The notes beneath the pieces were generated by a model. The model worked only from the letters and a program-made list of their open reading frames with translations. It was not told the origin of the DNA and did no database searches. This document shows positions 35,339 to 49,400 of a stretch of DNA of 64,000 nt, one piece after another; within the stretch, counting starts at the first letter, position 1, and each line of letters starts with the position of its first letter. A program made the position numbers and the translations under genes. The stretch covers positions 122,068,765-122,132,764 of the forward strand of contig NC_068983.1 of the NCBI RefSeq assembly GCF_001194135.2, read 5' to 3'. The stretch is from Octopus bimaculoides. Lineage: Eukaryota.

Positions 35339-36497
35339 CAGGGTGCATAAGTTATCTGAAGGTAGATTTATGTTTATTAAAAAACAGATATATAATAACT
35401 AATAATAAGTTTATTATCAAAAAAATGCTATGAGGATAAAAATAAACCTCCATTTCCTCAACTTCAATAACTGCTTCTATATGAGATCTAAATCATCCAC
35501 ATGCTCAAATCAAGTGGTCCTGGTTCATTTTGGATATTACTCTGACTATGGTGGCTTTCAAAGAATCTTTGGTGTTATGGGTGTGTTCATTGACACTCAA
35601 CACATATTAGTCCAGTGGATTGAGATCTGGGGAATTAGGAGGCCAAATGCTAGGGATTATGTGATCATGAGAAATTTTCAATCATCCATTTCTGTGTTAC
35701 TTGAGCCATGCAAGATAGTGCAGTCTTGCTGAAGCACATATGATATTCCATTGCATACACTGTCTATTCAGGGCTTAATAACTGCTTCCAGGACCTCAAT
35801 GTAGGTGGCCTTGCTGAGAACCCCTAAAACCATGACAGTTGCAGGAAATTTTGTATACATAACTCTTGGAACTTCAGAAGAATCTGCATATAACCATCTT
35901 CTGTTAACTTTTTGATCTTGGTTGAAGTTTTTCTCATCTGAGAAAAACCAAATCAAATCTACTGGATTTTTCAGTTTGTCTAAAAGCCTTTTAGATCTGA
36001 TATAGCAATTTTCTGTAGCTTTTTCTGATATAAATTGACCTTTCCTCATCATAAAAGACTTATATCTGATGTTTTCATGGACAACATTTCTGATTGTTCC
36101 TTCTGACACATGGAGATATTTTGCAATTGACCTCATAGATTTTCTGGGATTGTAATCAATGGTCTGTTGAATTTGCTGGATACATTCATGTGTTCTGATG
36201 ATTTTGGAGCATTTAGAATGTTTTTTTTATGCTTTGATACGAGTGATATGTTTCCATCTTTAGTTTCTTACTCCTTACAAACTTTGTAGACAAAAGATTT
36301 AGTAACTTTTAAAAATCAAGATATTTCCAAGTCACCATGACCAGCATTAATAGCCATGATAACAGCATGCCTCTTCATTTCTTGAGTAAGCTGAGAGTCT
36401 GTCATTATTATTTTGTGAAACAAAGATTATATAAAGTTAGCAAAAACTGCAGCAATGACCCCAAAAAGGTATGTCCTCAAATACCTTATGCACCCTG
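35339..36497 (-). mobile_element. Tc1/mariner (DD37D/maT-like) element, decayed
   Basis: TIRs CAGGGTGCATAAG at 35339 and its reverse complement ending 36497, TA on the left; IWFFSDEKNF, QQD, WPPNSPDLNPLD motifs. Confidence 0.88.
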
Positions 36498-36639
36498 CAT
36501 ATTCATTTTTGCTTTATATATTTTTCCGGGTAGTTCAATATATGAATACATTTTGAGTCCTACTGACATTTCAAATATTTTATTTTTTCTGATATATTTT
36601 TCAGTTATAAGTTCTCCAATTCTGAGTAAGTAACATAGA

Positions 36640-36748
36640 ATGGTAGATTGGCTTCACTGCAACCTATGTTTCAACCAGCCTGGCAATGGTATTAAATTTT
36701 CTCTCACCAGCTGTGGGCATATTTACTGTGAGAAGTGTTTAAATGAAG
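36640..36748 (+). CDS. RNF212: RNF212 coding exon 1 ([36 protein letters not shown])
   Basis: ATG at 36640; upstream acceptors at 36604 (tttttcag) and 36638; donor gtaagc. Confidence 0.92.
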
Positions 36749-37386
36749 GTAAGCAGCTTTGTGGTTTTTGTACAAGAACCATCATCATTTAGATTTTTTT
36801 TTTTTTATTTAAATGTAATTTAAAAATAACAACGGCTTAAAAAATGAATAAAAACTTTGGAAATGATTTGGTTACAGGTTCACAGCCGACATATCTGTGA
36901 TACAGATATGCAGACTTCATTTCTAAGTAAATTAACTTGGAAATATGTGTAGCTAGACTTATCAAATTTATTGCATTTTTATTAACTCTAATTTTCTCAA
37001 ATTATCTCATTGAAATAAACCTGCAATATACTATTCTCATCTATTCAAGGGAACTACTTCTCATTGAATTTATACCATGTAATTGGAATAAACCCTTAAT
37101 CAACAAGCCACTGTGGCTCTCAAAAATTGATATTCTGTTTCTCTGCAGCTCAACATCTTGATCTTGTATGTGCTTATTGTATTTTTATCACCAAAACATA
37201 AAGGAACCCAGTCTACACTTGAAGTATACTGATCTAAAAATAGCTTATAACAAGTTTGTTTATATTAAATATTACTTTTCTAATTTAGAAAAGTAACTCC
37301 GAGATTTGAATTATTTGTCATATTAAAATGATAAATATATTTCTTTAAATAAATATGCGTGCACACACACACACACACACACATGT

Positions 37387-37417
<31 letters not shown>

Positions 37418-40400
37418 TAATGTCAATGTGAATACCCGTCAGAGTGTAAGTATCTTGAGAGAAAAGCTGAACATTAGAAGCATCAGTTGTGGCGTGCAAG
37501 AGAGACGATTGCGCTGGTATGGACATGTGGTGAGAATGGAGGAGGATAGCTGCGTGAAAAAGTGCCACACCCTAACAGTTGAGGGAACCCGTGGAAGAGG
37601 TAGGCCCAGGAAGACCTGGGCTGAGGTGGTGAGGCAAGACCTTCGTACATTGGGCCTCACCGAGGCGATGACTACGGACCGAGNNNNNNNNNNNNNNNNN
37701 NNNNNNNNNNNNNNNNNNNNNNNNNNNNNNNNNNNNNNNNNNNNNNNNNNNNNNNNNNNNNNNNNNNNNNNNNNNNNNNNNNNNNNNNNNNNNNNNNNNN
37801 NNNNNNNNNNNNNNNNNNNNNNNNNNNNNNNNNNNNNNNNNNNNNNNNNNNNNNNNNNNNNNNNNNNNNNNNNNNNNNNNNNNNNNNNNNNNNNNNNNNC
37901 ATTTTGAGCGTGGCCGTTGCCAGTACCGCCTGACTGGCTCCTGTAGGATTTTCGAGCGAGATCGTTGCCAGTGCCCCTGGACTGGCTTGTGCGGGTGGCA
38001 CATAAAAGACACCATTTCGAGCGTGGCCGTTTTCGTGCGGGTGACACGTAAAAGCACCCACTACACTCTCTGAGTGGTTGGCGTTAGGAAGGGCATCCAG
38101 CTGTAGAAACTCTGCCAAATCAGACTGGAGCCTGGTGTTGCCATCCGGTTTCACCAGTCCTCAGTCAAATCGTCCAACCCATGCTAGCATGGAAAGCGGA
38201 CGTTAAACGATGATGATGATGATGATGATGATATATATATATATTGTAACTTAGGAGTTTTGCACATTCTTTTTTATTCTTTACAGGGACAAGAGAAAAC
38301 TGCAAAATGTGCAAAGCAGTGTGCAACAGTATTCTATTAACAGGAAAGGTTTGAATGAAATTACAATTTTCAGCACTGTTTTCCTTCTTAGTTAAATATG
38401 TTTATATTTTTGTATATAATTCAAAATAAATTATGCAATTGTTTTAAGAAGGAGAGAGAGAGAGAGAGAGAGAGTAAATTCCCAGTAAACCAAGCCCACA
38501 AAACAGTTTTTGTTCTTAACTGAAGTCATTTCATCTTATTAGGCATACCTTTCTTTCATTGGACACTAAACTCTGCTTGCGAAGACCTGTTGAGGCAAGT
38601 GAAATCGAAATCAAAATCGATGACAGTGCCGCATGACTGGCATCCGTGCTAGTGGAGCGCTAAGAGCACCATCCGAGCATGATTGTTGCCAGGGCCGCTA
38701 ACTGGCCCCTCTGCTGGTGGCACATAAAAAGCACCATTCGAGCGTGATCGTTACTGGCACTTGTGCCGGTGGTACATGAAAAACAACGTTCGAGCGAGGA
38801 TGTTGCCAGTGCCACTGTACTAGCCCTCGTACTAGTGGCACGTAAAAGTACCCACTACACTCTCGGAGTGGTTGGTGTTAGGAAGGGCATCCAGCTGTAG
38901 AAACTCTGCCAGATCAGACTGGAGCCTGGTGCAGCCATCTTGCTCACCAGTCCCCAGTCAAACCGTCCAACCCATGCCAGCATGGAAAGCAGATGTTAAA
39001 CGATGATGATGAATATTTCTGCCAAAGGTATAAATATTAACAATATGTTACAACCCACCTCTTTTCAAGGTTTCATGTATTGGGTTGGCAACTAAGTTTT
39101 TTTAAATTTAAATTTTTTAAAAGGCTTAATAAAGAATATCAACTAATTAATCAATAATGTATTCACCCTTGTTTACAACTTCTTCCCAACGTTCAACAAG
39201 ATACTCAATTTCGACTTGAAAAATTGATCCAACCAAGCTCTCAATTCTGCATCAGTACTGGACGAAACTTTGTGCATAACATTTGAAAGAGTTCGAAAGA
39301 GGTGGAAATCCATTGGTGCCAAATCAGGAGAGTACGGTGGGTGTGGTAGCACTTCTCAATCATGTGTGTGAAGATGCTTCTCTATAGCAGTGTGAGAGCA
39401 TTCAATTTTCTCTGCCAGTTCCCTTGTCGTTTGACGAGAATTTTCATGCAAAATTTGGTTTAACCGCTCTTCATTGAACTCAACTGGACGGCCAGAACAA
39501 GGTGCATCTTTGAGGTCAAAATTTCCATTTTTGAAATTGGCATACCAATCACAAGTGGTTCTTTCAGCTATGGCACCCTCTCCATACACAGCACAAATGT
39601 CGCGAGCAGCTTTTGCGGCCTTAGAACCTTGATTAAAAGCAAAAAGATGAAAGTGTCGAAAATCCTCGTTTTTCTTAACTTGACATTCCATTTTAATGAT
39701 CTGAAAATAAACAAAAATTAACTAAAATTAACTAGAAAAAAACAAAATAGATTCCAAAATGATTCAAAACTAGAATTCTCGAAAAAATAGATTCCAAAAT
39801 TTAAAAACGCAATAAATTCCAAAATTTAAAAAAATGGCAGGAACTTAGTTGCAAACCCAATATGTAAGTTTGGCTATAGTCATTACTTTGAAGATTCCCT
39901 ATGTGATGATACTATGATATCCTATAAAAAGACAAAGTTTTCAAAGCTGCCCCAATATTTAGTGCTTCATAAGTATAGATGCTTGTCTATATATAATCTT
40001 TAGTAGGATTTGTCAAGGAGTTAAAACAGATGTTTGAAATGTAGAAACATGAACTGAAATATCTAATGGTTATCATGACAAGAACTAAAGTGCTTCTTAG
40101 TAAGAGAAAGCACAAATCCCTCTTCCCTCTAAAAATTGGCTTTGCTTTGTATGAAGGAAAAGAGAATGTTGGAACTCAATAATGTGTACTCAGTGCAAGC
40201 AAGGTTTATAAACAAGGTACAGTGGGCTCTCTGGCAGGCTGACAGAACTTTAGATGTACAAGAACAGTTATCAATAGAGCCTCTCATGGAATGACATTAT
40301 TAAGGAGCTGCTTTGATAATTCAAGAGATGTAATTGAAAGTTTCTGTTATCTAGGTGATCTAATTAGTGTTGGCAGTGACTGTGGGAAAACATTAATGTC

Positions 40401-43400
40401 AGAAAAAAAAGGAGAGATGAAAGAAGTTCAGAGAGCTGTTACCCAGATGGTAACAAAAGTTTCTCCCGTTATTCTAAAAGCAAACTAAGAAATATACATC
40501 AGAAATATGATGCTGCTTGGAAGTGACACATATGCACTACATGTAGAAAATCTGAGGAGAAATGAGGCAGGCACTATTCTTTGTATAAATATTAATCTGT
40601 GTAAAGGTGGTGAGCTTGTAAAATCATTAGCATGCTGGACAAAATGCTTACTCTTTTACTGTTTTACTTGTTTCAGTCATTTGACTGCGGCCATGCTGGT
40701 GCACCACCTTTAGTCGAGCAAATCGACCCTGGGACTTTTTCTTTGTAAGCCTAGTACTTATTCTATCGGTCTCTTTTGCCGAACCGCTAAGTGACGGGAA
40801 CATAAACACACCAGCATCAGTTGTCAAACAATGCTAGGGGGACAAACACAGACACACAAACATATACATATATACATATATACGATGGGCTTCTTTCAGT
40901 TTCTGTCTACCAAATCCACTCAGAAGGCTTTGGTCGGCCCGAGGCTATAGTAGAAGACACTTGCCCAAGGTGCCACGCAGTGGGACTGAACCCGGAACCA
41001 TGTGGCTGGTAAGCAAGCTATTTACCACACAGCCACTCCTGCACCTAGTGATATTTCATCTATCTTTATTTTTTGAGTTCAAATTCTGCCAAGATCAACT
41101 TTGCCTTTCATCCTTTCAGGGTCAATAAAATAAATACTACTTGAACATTGAAGTTGATTTGAAATAGATGGCCTTGTACCATAATTTGAAACCAGTATTA
41201 ATCTGATTTAAACACAATTAATTTTAGGGTGGTTAAAGGCATTAAATTAATAGATGCAAGAAGTCAACTAATTTCATTGGACATGATGTAAATAAAAAAT
41301 AAGTGTGGGCTAAAAGCAGTTGGTTTTTTTTATAAAAAGTTTAATCTTGTTATTTCTGATGTTTATTCACACTGATGCAATTAGTATATTCTTCAGTAAA
41401 CTTCAGCTGTCATATTTTTACATATCTACATGACATTCATTTGGTATTGGATACTGTGAAGGTGCATAACCTCATGGTTAATGTTTTGGACTTATGGTCT
41501 TAATTATGGTTTCACTTCCTAGACCAGGTAACACATTGTGTTCTTGAGTAAGTCACTTCATTTCATGTCACTCTCATCCACTCACCTGCAAATAAATACC
41601 AGTAGTAACTAGGGGTTAACACTGCAACAGATTGGCATTCTATTTAAAGGGTGGGTATTATACTCTTGGCTACTTACACGCCATTGTAACTGGACTAAAC
41701 TCTAGCCTAATGACCTAACTGGTTTTTGAAACATTTTTTTAATTTTTGAAACATTTTTTTATTTTTGAAACATTTTTATCATCTTTTAGATGTCTTGCAT
41801 TTGACATCAATCATGAATTCGAAGAATGTCTAGTGATACCTCAGATCTTTAAAGAGTGACTATGATTGAAAGAATTATTACTGGTGCATAGCTGCTTGAG
41901 ATTAAACTCCATAGCTTTAAATTGAGTAAGAAATACTTCTCTGTTTAGTTCAGTTTAGCAAAATAGATACTAGTACGTCAAAGAAATTAACTTACTAGTA
42001 TTCTTATTCAGTGAGAAGAAAACTCAAAACTGAAAATGTAACTTGTAAAACCACCCACTTCTAGATACAAACTAGTATACAGCTGTCATGTCTGTAATTT
42101 ACATTTGTTGCTGTATAAATATAGTATAAATCTTTTGGTGGTAAGTTTGTGCTCACAATCATTGCTTATTTGTCATGGCTTTTCAGATGAAACCTGATGT
42201 TGAGATATTTTTCGGAGATCCATTTGAACTGATAAAGAAACAAAACAGACAACTGATACAGGTAATTTCTCAGGTTCTTGTAATTACTATTATTGATTTC
42301 TTCATATTCCACATGGAATATTCTATATAATTCTTACAATATTTGATCAATATACTTATCTGGTTTTTAACATAGTTTAATTTTGCTAAAAAAAAAATGC
42401 TAAGTAGAAAATAGAAGTAAAAGCTGATGTTATAGTGTATCATATGTAAAAACTATTTTGTAGGTCTTTGAATTTCAGAAAAATCACAGACGAAGATTTA
42501 TGAACTATTTAAGAGATAAGGCAAGTAATTTTTTCCATTCAGAATTTTCATTTTCTTCTTTTAATATTATTGTTATTATTAATGTTGATGTTATTCTTAT
42601 TAAAGGGAAGTGAATGACATAATCAGTAGAGCACCAGACAAAATACCTTGTGGTATTTTGTTCTGAGTTCAAATCCTGCTATGGTTGACTTTGCCTTTCA
42701 TCGTTCTAAGGTTAATAAAATAAATTTCAGTTAATAACTGGTTTTGGTATAATTGACTATTCTCTATCCCCAAATGCTGTGGCCTTCTACCATTTTCAGA
42801 AATCATTAATATTTTTGTTAATTCTTTTATTACTTAGACAAAAAGAATTCTATTGTTATTTCTATAGCAATAAATTTATTAATTTGATATCACTTGCATT
42901 TTTTTTGGTTTACTGTGTTATCTCAAAATTGAAGATCTGTGTCCATAGATTTGCTCACTGCTAGAGAAGGACTGGATTTGTAGCAATTAGAAATGTTATT
43001 GAACCATGTAGAAATTATATTCATTAATGTCATATCTAGCAACATCATATAGCATCAGATTTGCTGTGCTTTCATAGATTTACCAGTTTATCTGATATGA
43101 AAGGTAAGGAACTGAAAAATTACATTCTTCACTTATCACTACAATTTAAGTTAACAAATTATTTTACAAACATTCCTATGGTCTAATTGTTTCTAACCTG
43201 GCAGTGTCATTGGATTACAGATTTTATCCCTACATTTTACACCTACATCTGGCACATAAAAGACACCATTTCGAGCATGGCCGTTTTCGTGCAGGTGACA
43301 CGTAAAAGCACCCACTACACTCTCTGAGTGGTTGGCGTTAGGAAGGGCATCCAGCTGTAGAAACTCTGCCAAATTGGATTGGAGCCTGGTGTTGCCATCC

Positions 43401-46400
43401 GGTTTCACCAGTCCTCAGTCAAATCGTCCAACCCATGCTAGCATGGAAAGCAGACGTTAAACGACGACGATGATGATGATGATGATCTCAAAACTGAAAA
43501 TGTAAATGTCATCTAGAGTCCCCTGGGTTTTGAGCCAACCCTAATTTTTCATCCTAATTTCATAGTGCAGAGTGGACAACATGGTTAACTGAGATTTAGA
43601 ATTAAATGTCATGTCTTGAATTATGAGATGCCAGCTGTGTCTCCTCAAATACCTACCCTTCTAGGCTATTTCACCTTTTTAGCTTTATAAATGAAAAGAA
43701 CCAAGATTTTCTGGCTCTCTTTGTGTTCTCACTATTTCACACCCTTATTTTTCTATTGGCAATAGCCATACGCTTTTTAGAAACTGACATTTTTTAAGCA
43801 AGTAGATTTAGAGATATATGTCCTTACTGCTAACCATTCAACTTTGAAGGATGAGTTGAAAGATTCTGTTGATGGATATACCACAATAACTTAGCAAGAT
43901 TTAAACTTTTAGTCTCCTCAGTAGTCTAGCCTGTTAACCTAACAGCTATGTTTCAGTAGGAAAATATATTGTCTGATGCTATATTTAGAAGAGAAAAGTT
44001 GTTCATATTATTCTGCACAATCAACTCTCATCAAGCGGTTTTATGATCAAAGGTAACATTTCTCTCTCATATTTGGACACAGTCTGTCTAATGTATCAGT
44101 CTTTTTAAGATGATAGGTTGTTATTTAAAGGAGATTTGCTGGTGTTTCTTGCAGATTGTGCAGTCATGCTCTCTGTTGGCTTCTGTGCAAGTCATTTTAT
44201 ATGATTGAGAAGAGGAAGGGATAAGTCTGAGTGTCACCTTCAAAAGTATATTTGACACCTATCTCTCAATATGTTATTTCAACTGACTTCACCTCAAAGA
44301 TAACAAAATTTAACATTATATAAGTCTTGATGTAAACAAAAATACTATATTGATGTGTAGTTACTATAAACAGACCATTAATTGATGGAATCTTTTCTTT
44401 CTTTTTTTTGCTAGGTGAACAAACAAAATGCTTACATCAAACAAATCAATCAAGCTCTTCAAGTGAGGCAAGAACTTCAAAAGTATGTAACACTGACTCT
44501 TTTAGAAACATTTTCATAATGTACAGAGTTCTTCCCTTTTCTTTTAATATTTTATGTCCATTTTATGGTATTAGGAAGGACATCCAGCTGTAAAACCATG
44601 CCAAAACAGACAGTGGAACTTGGTGCAGTACTCTGGCTTGCCAGCTCCTGTCAAGTTGTCCAAACCATGCCAACAAGGAAGACAGACGTTAAATGATGAT
44701 GACAATGACAACAATAATTGAATGAATGAATGAATGAAATAGTCTTCACAAATTTATTTTTTTGTAGCAATTATTTGTACAATTAGATGATGTTCTCTTC
44801 TGTTCTAACCACTAAACTGTAAAGGAAGAGTGGAACCTGTTTGCGAGTCAGGTTGGAGAGAGATTGGCTCCAAAATGTCAATCTGTTCTACATCTAAAAT
44901 GCACTGCAGCCAAGAAGATTGAGTAGTAATGTGTAATTTTTTATAGCAAATTCAAGCAACATGATGTTATGAGAATGGTCTAATTAATGCTTTTGATGAT
45001 ACTGTGGATCTTGGTAAATTAAGATGATATTCCTCTGTAAAATGCAGATTTTCAGGTCCACAGTAAGTGCAATTGTGGAAGTTAACTGAGGTATTTAATT
45101 TAAGTATAACCTCATCACTCCAACAAATTTTGTTGGAAAGTGTGCATCTTCTACACATCTTGCCAAGTACCACTCACAAATCTCCACTCTTTGGTCCGGA
45201 TCATCTTCATTGGGAGCACGGACTATTCTTAGAATATAACATTTTAATGCAATGGACACTTAATTTTGAAATTTCTGTCTCGTAATTTATAGCAAAGATT
45301 TCTAGCAACACATTTTTGGAACCCTTTATTGTTTTGTGGAGTTCATCAATGTCTGCAGTCTTCTGGAACATTTCTTGTAGACATTCTGAAAAGTTCCATC
45401 TTGTTTAAACTTATCTCTAATTTGTGTTAGTAACATGAGACTAAGCAGTGTATTTCATATGAGTTTAGCTAGGTGAGGCAAGGGAATCACTCTCCTGTGG
45501 GTTGGTAACATGAGACTAAGGGGTCGATTTTGTAAGGGTTATTTGCCAAAGACTAAGGGAACATTTTTATGTAAATTAGTCACATGTGACTATAAGGCTA
45601 ATCATGTTGGTTGGTAAGATGAGACAAAATGGTCTTTCTCATGTTGGTTATATGAAATCAAAAGGTCTGTTTCATGTTGGTTGATTACAAAGGATTAAGA
45701 AGATAGTTTGAAATGGGTTGCAAGTGAAAGGGTTCATCATATTTGCTACAATATATAATCACACAACATTCATCTCCTTATATCTATCAATCAATATTTC
45801 TGCTATTTACTAACTGATTCTGGTCTTGTTTAAATGTCAGTCTCCTATTTATTACTATTCAAAACAAAATTTTAATTTGAAGATGAAAAAACAGTCCTTT
45901 GTCTCAGACTGATAATATCAATGCAGCTTAATTTCTGCAGATTTATATTTGCAAGGAAAACATAGGCAGGGAAAATGTTCCAGTGGGGTTTAGTTCTGTG
46001 GATAACTTTTGGGGTGAACTATTTAGTATGATGTTGTATGAGGAAAGAGATACAGTACATTAGTATGCTGGTGATTGTAACGTGTTTGTGAGTGAAGTGT
46101 AGAAAATATTCTATAAATCATGAAAATATTCTTATATATGGTAAATCCATTTCAGGGAGATCAGCAAACTAAAGGAAGAAAATCTTTATTTGAAGCGGTT
46201 AATCTCAGAAAAGGTAACTGTTACTATGTTCCATATCTGTTTCTCAACCATTTTTTACTTATGGACTCCTTTGATTCCTATTTTACTCAGATGGATCTTC
46301 GTAGCCATTCAATGATTAAAAAAATCATATATTTTTATAATTAAACATTATTAGGAATTGTATAGAAAAAATTGCTAAATTATTTTGTGTACTGTACAAG

Positions 46401-49400
46401 TACAACCATTCATTGCTGATAAATTTTAACAACAAAATGTTATATAGTTGAGAACCACAGAACTTTACTGATAATGTAGCAGATAAAAGAAGAGCATTTT
46501 GATATGTTGAAAATGTCATCTGATATTATCATTATCATTTCTTTATTTATTCCTTGTTGTTATTATTGTTGGTATTGTTGTTATGACTGCACTGAGGCTG
46601 AATAAGTCCTGACTACATCAAAATCATAATCCTTTGGTAGTCTGACATCAAAATTATTTAAGGGTTGAGAAGACACGTCAAGCCAAGTGAAATCATAGTT
46701 GTGGCCAGTGCCAGTGATATGTAAAAGGCACCTGTGCTGGTGACATGTAAGAGGCACCCACTACACTCTTGAAGTGATTGGCATTAAGAAAGGCACCCAG
46801 CCTTAGAAACCAAAGCAAACCAGACTGGAACCTAGTACAGCTCTCTGGCTTACCAGTTCCACTCAAACCATCTAATCTATGCCAGCATGGAAAACGGATG
46901 CTAAATAATAATGATGATGACCATGGTGATGATGATGATGATGAAGAAGAAGTATATATTCTGATACAGAATTAATTTATATTTGCTGCCAGATTTTCAG
47001 GCTCCTGTGCAGATGGCACGTAAAATACAGCATTTCGAGCGTGGCCGTTGCCAGTACCTTCTGACTGGCCTTTGTGCCGGTGGCACGTAAAAGCACCCAC
47101 TACACTCTTGGAGTGGTTGGCGTTAGGAAGGGCATCCAGCTGTAGAAACTCTGCCAAATCAGATTGGAGCCTGGTGTTGCCATCTGGTTCACCAGTCCTC
47201 AGTCAAATCGTCCAACCCATGCTAGCATGGAAAGCGGACGTTAAACGTTGATGATGACATTGATGATATAAGTTATAATATTGATACAGTTATAATATGA
47301 CAATACAATTATAATATTTAGAGACAGATTTTTTTCAAAATGTTAGGATTAAGAAAGAAACTTTTTTAGAGATTAGAATTAGTATTTTTGAAGGTAATAA
47401 TAAAATTAGTCGAATCTATTTTCATGCAGTCAGAGTGTGCTAAGTTTCCATAGTGCCAATGGCATGAATATAGGTCTGACAAATTTTATTAATATCTGAA
47501 AAAATACTAAGTTTCCAACATCTTTATGGTAGAGTGTTATGAGAGGTAATATTGTATGAGAGAGTGAGATTTCAATACATATTTCAGTATCGAACGTTAC
47601 GAAGCACGTGTTATGGTTAAATAACTTGATACAGCTAGAAGTGTCATTGAATAGTGAGAAATGGGGTCGGAGGAGTAAAGTTGAAAAAGTGTGACACACT
47701 AACACATTGACATCCACTTTTGCATTTATTCTTATAGATGTTTAATTTGTACACCCTGTGGTGTATAATATATTTATATATGAAGGATCATTGATAGAAT
47801 TTTGGCTTTCAACTCATCAATATACTATTACTTTTATTAAAGAAAGACAAGAAAGGAAACTTACATGGTCATTTAGCCTGCTAGAAATGGCAGCCAAATT
47901 CCCCTTAAAGCATATCCTACCTTCTTAAAAATGATATTAAGACTTCGTGTAACACTAGATGCATGACGCTTGGAAAAAAAGAAAAAGACAAATCAGGGTG
48001 ATCATTGCTGGAATGCCTTTTTGATGAAGAAGTTTACTCAATCAGAGCCAACTTGAGACTAAACAGTAACATCTGATGAAATCTATCATAGAAAAATAGT
48101 TTAAGGACTTCATTGATTTCATTACTATTTCTTAAAATCATCTCAAATGTTTTTGTTTTATATTTTCAGGGTTTAAATGCTGGGAGTAGGTAAGATGATA
48201 CTTTTAAAATTACTGTTAATAAGTAAAAAGTTGGATTTGACTTCACATAACTGTAGTCTTTTATATTTAAGTTCACCTTAAGAATACGCTAGCAGTGACT
48301 CTGAGTTTCTGTCTACATTTTAACTATCTAAGCAATATTTCAGTTGAACTATTCTCCAATCATCTTCAATCGCCATACTTCTACATATACATAAAGAATT
48401 GCCAGATTGCCAAACTATGAGGTGGTATCAAAAAGTTCCCAGACTAGTTCTAGAGTGCACCAACAGGTGGCAGCACACAGCTGCTTGTACAGTGAGAGCT
48501 AGTGGTGACCTTCATGAGACAGTGTGCTGAATGACATTGCTGTCTTTACTTTGCAAGTTGTGAAATTTGTGTTTTTGTGATCATGTATATGCTGTAGTCT
48601 GTGATTTTGTCATGGACAGGCACTTCAAAAGCGGAAGAACCTCCCTGAAAGATAATGAGCGATCTGGAAGATCCACCATGGATGTCACACCTGGAAATGT
48701 GGTATTGTGTATTGAGAATTCATCCCTCAGGGCCAGACTGTCAATTGAGAGTTCTACTGTGAAGCTTTGAAGCATTTGAGGGAGGACATTTGGCAAAAGT
48801 GACTGGATTTGTGGAGTGTGAAGAACTGGATTCTTCATCATGACACTGCACCCTGTCACCAAGTTCTCCTCACTCACGAGTAACAGCATTGTTGAGATCC
48901 AGAGCAAATCACAGGAGGTCCTTGACTCACTTACGGAAAATGGCTTCCAGGCCAAATTTCAAAAGTGGCAGGAATGCTGGGACCGGTGTATTGCTGCACA
49001 AGGTGACTATTTCAAAGGAAATGATATTAAAACTTAGGTAAATAAGTTATTTTTTAATAAACATAACTAGTCTGGGAACATTTTGATACCACCTCATATG
49101 AACTTCACTTGTCTCAATCTCTTAGATCAAAAGATTCTTGTCACATTGCTTTATTGCAATCTGCCTTGCTGGAGTTCATTTTCACCTTCTCATCATCAAC
49201 TCTGGTGTATCCCAAAGTTTGGTCTTGTCTTTCACACTTTTCCTTCGGTACATTTACCCTTTAGCATGTAAACAAGCCATATCCAATCAGAATAATCTAC
49301 CTGCTTTATCTTCAAACTGGCCAGATCCAACCTCTCACGCTTCCCTTACAATATTATTCTAAAAATAAACAATCATGTCATTGAAATCTCAAAGCTACAA

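Noticed and set aside
41725-41778. Short tandem duplications (20 bp x3 here; 29 bp x2 at ~13890-13950)
   Set aside because: Ordinary slippage duplications in AT-rich introns.
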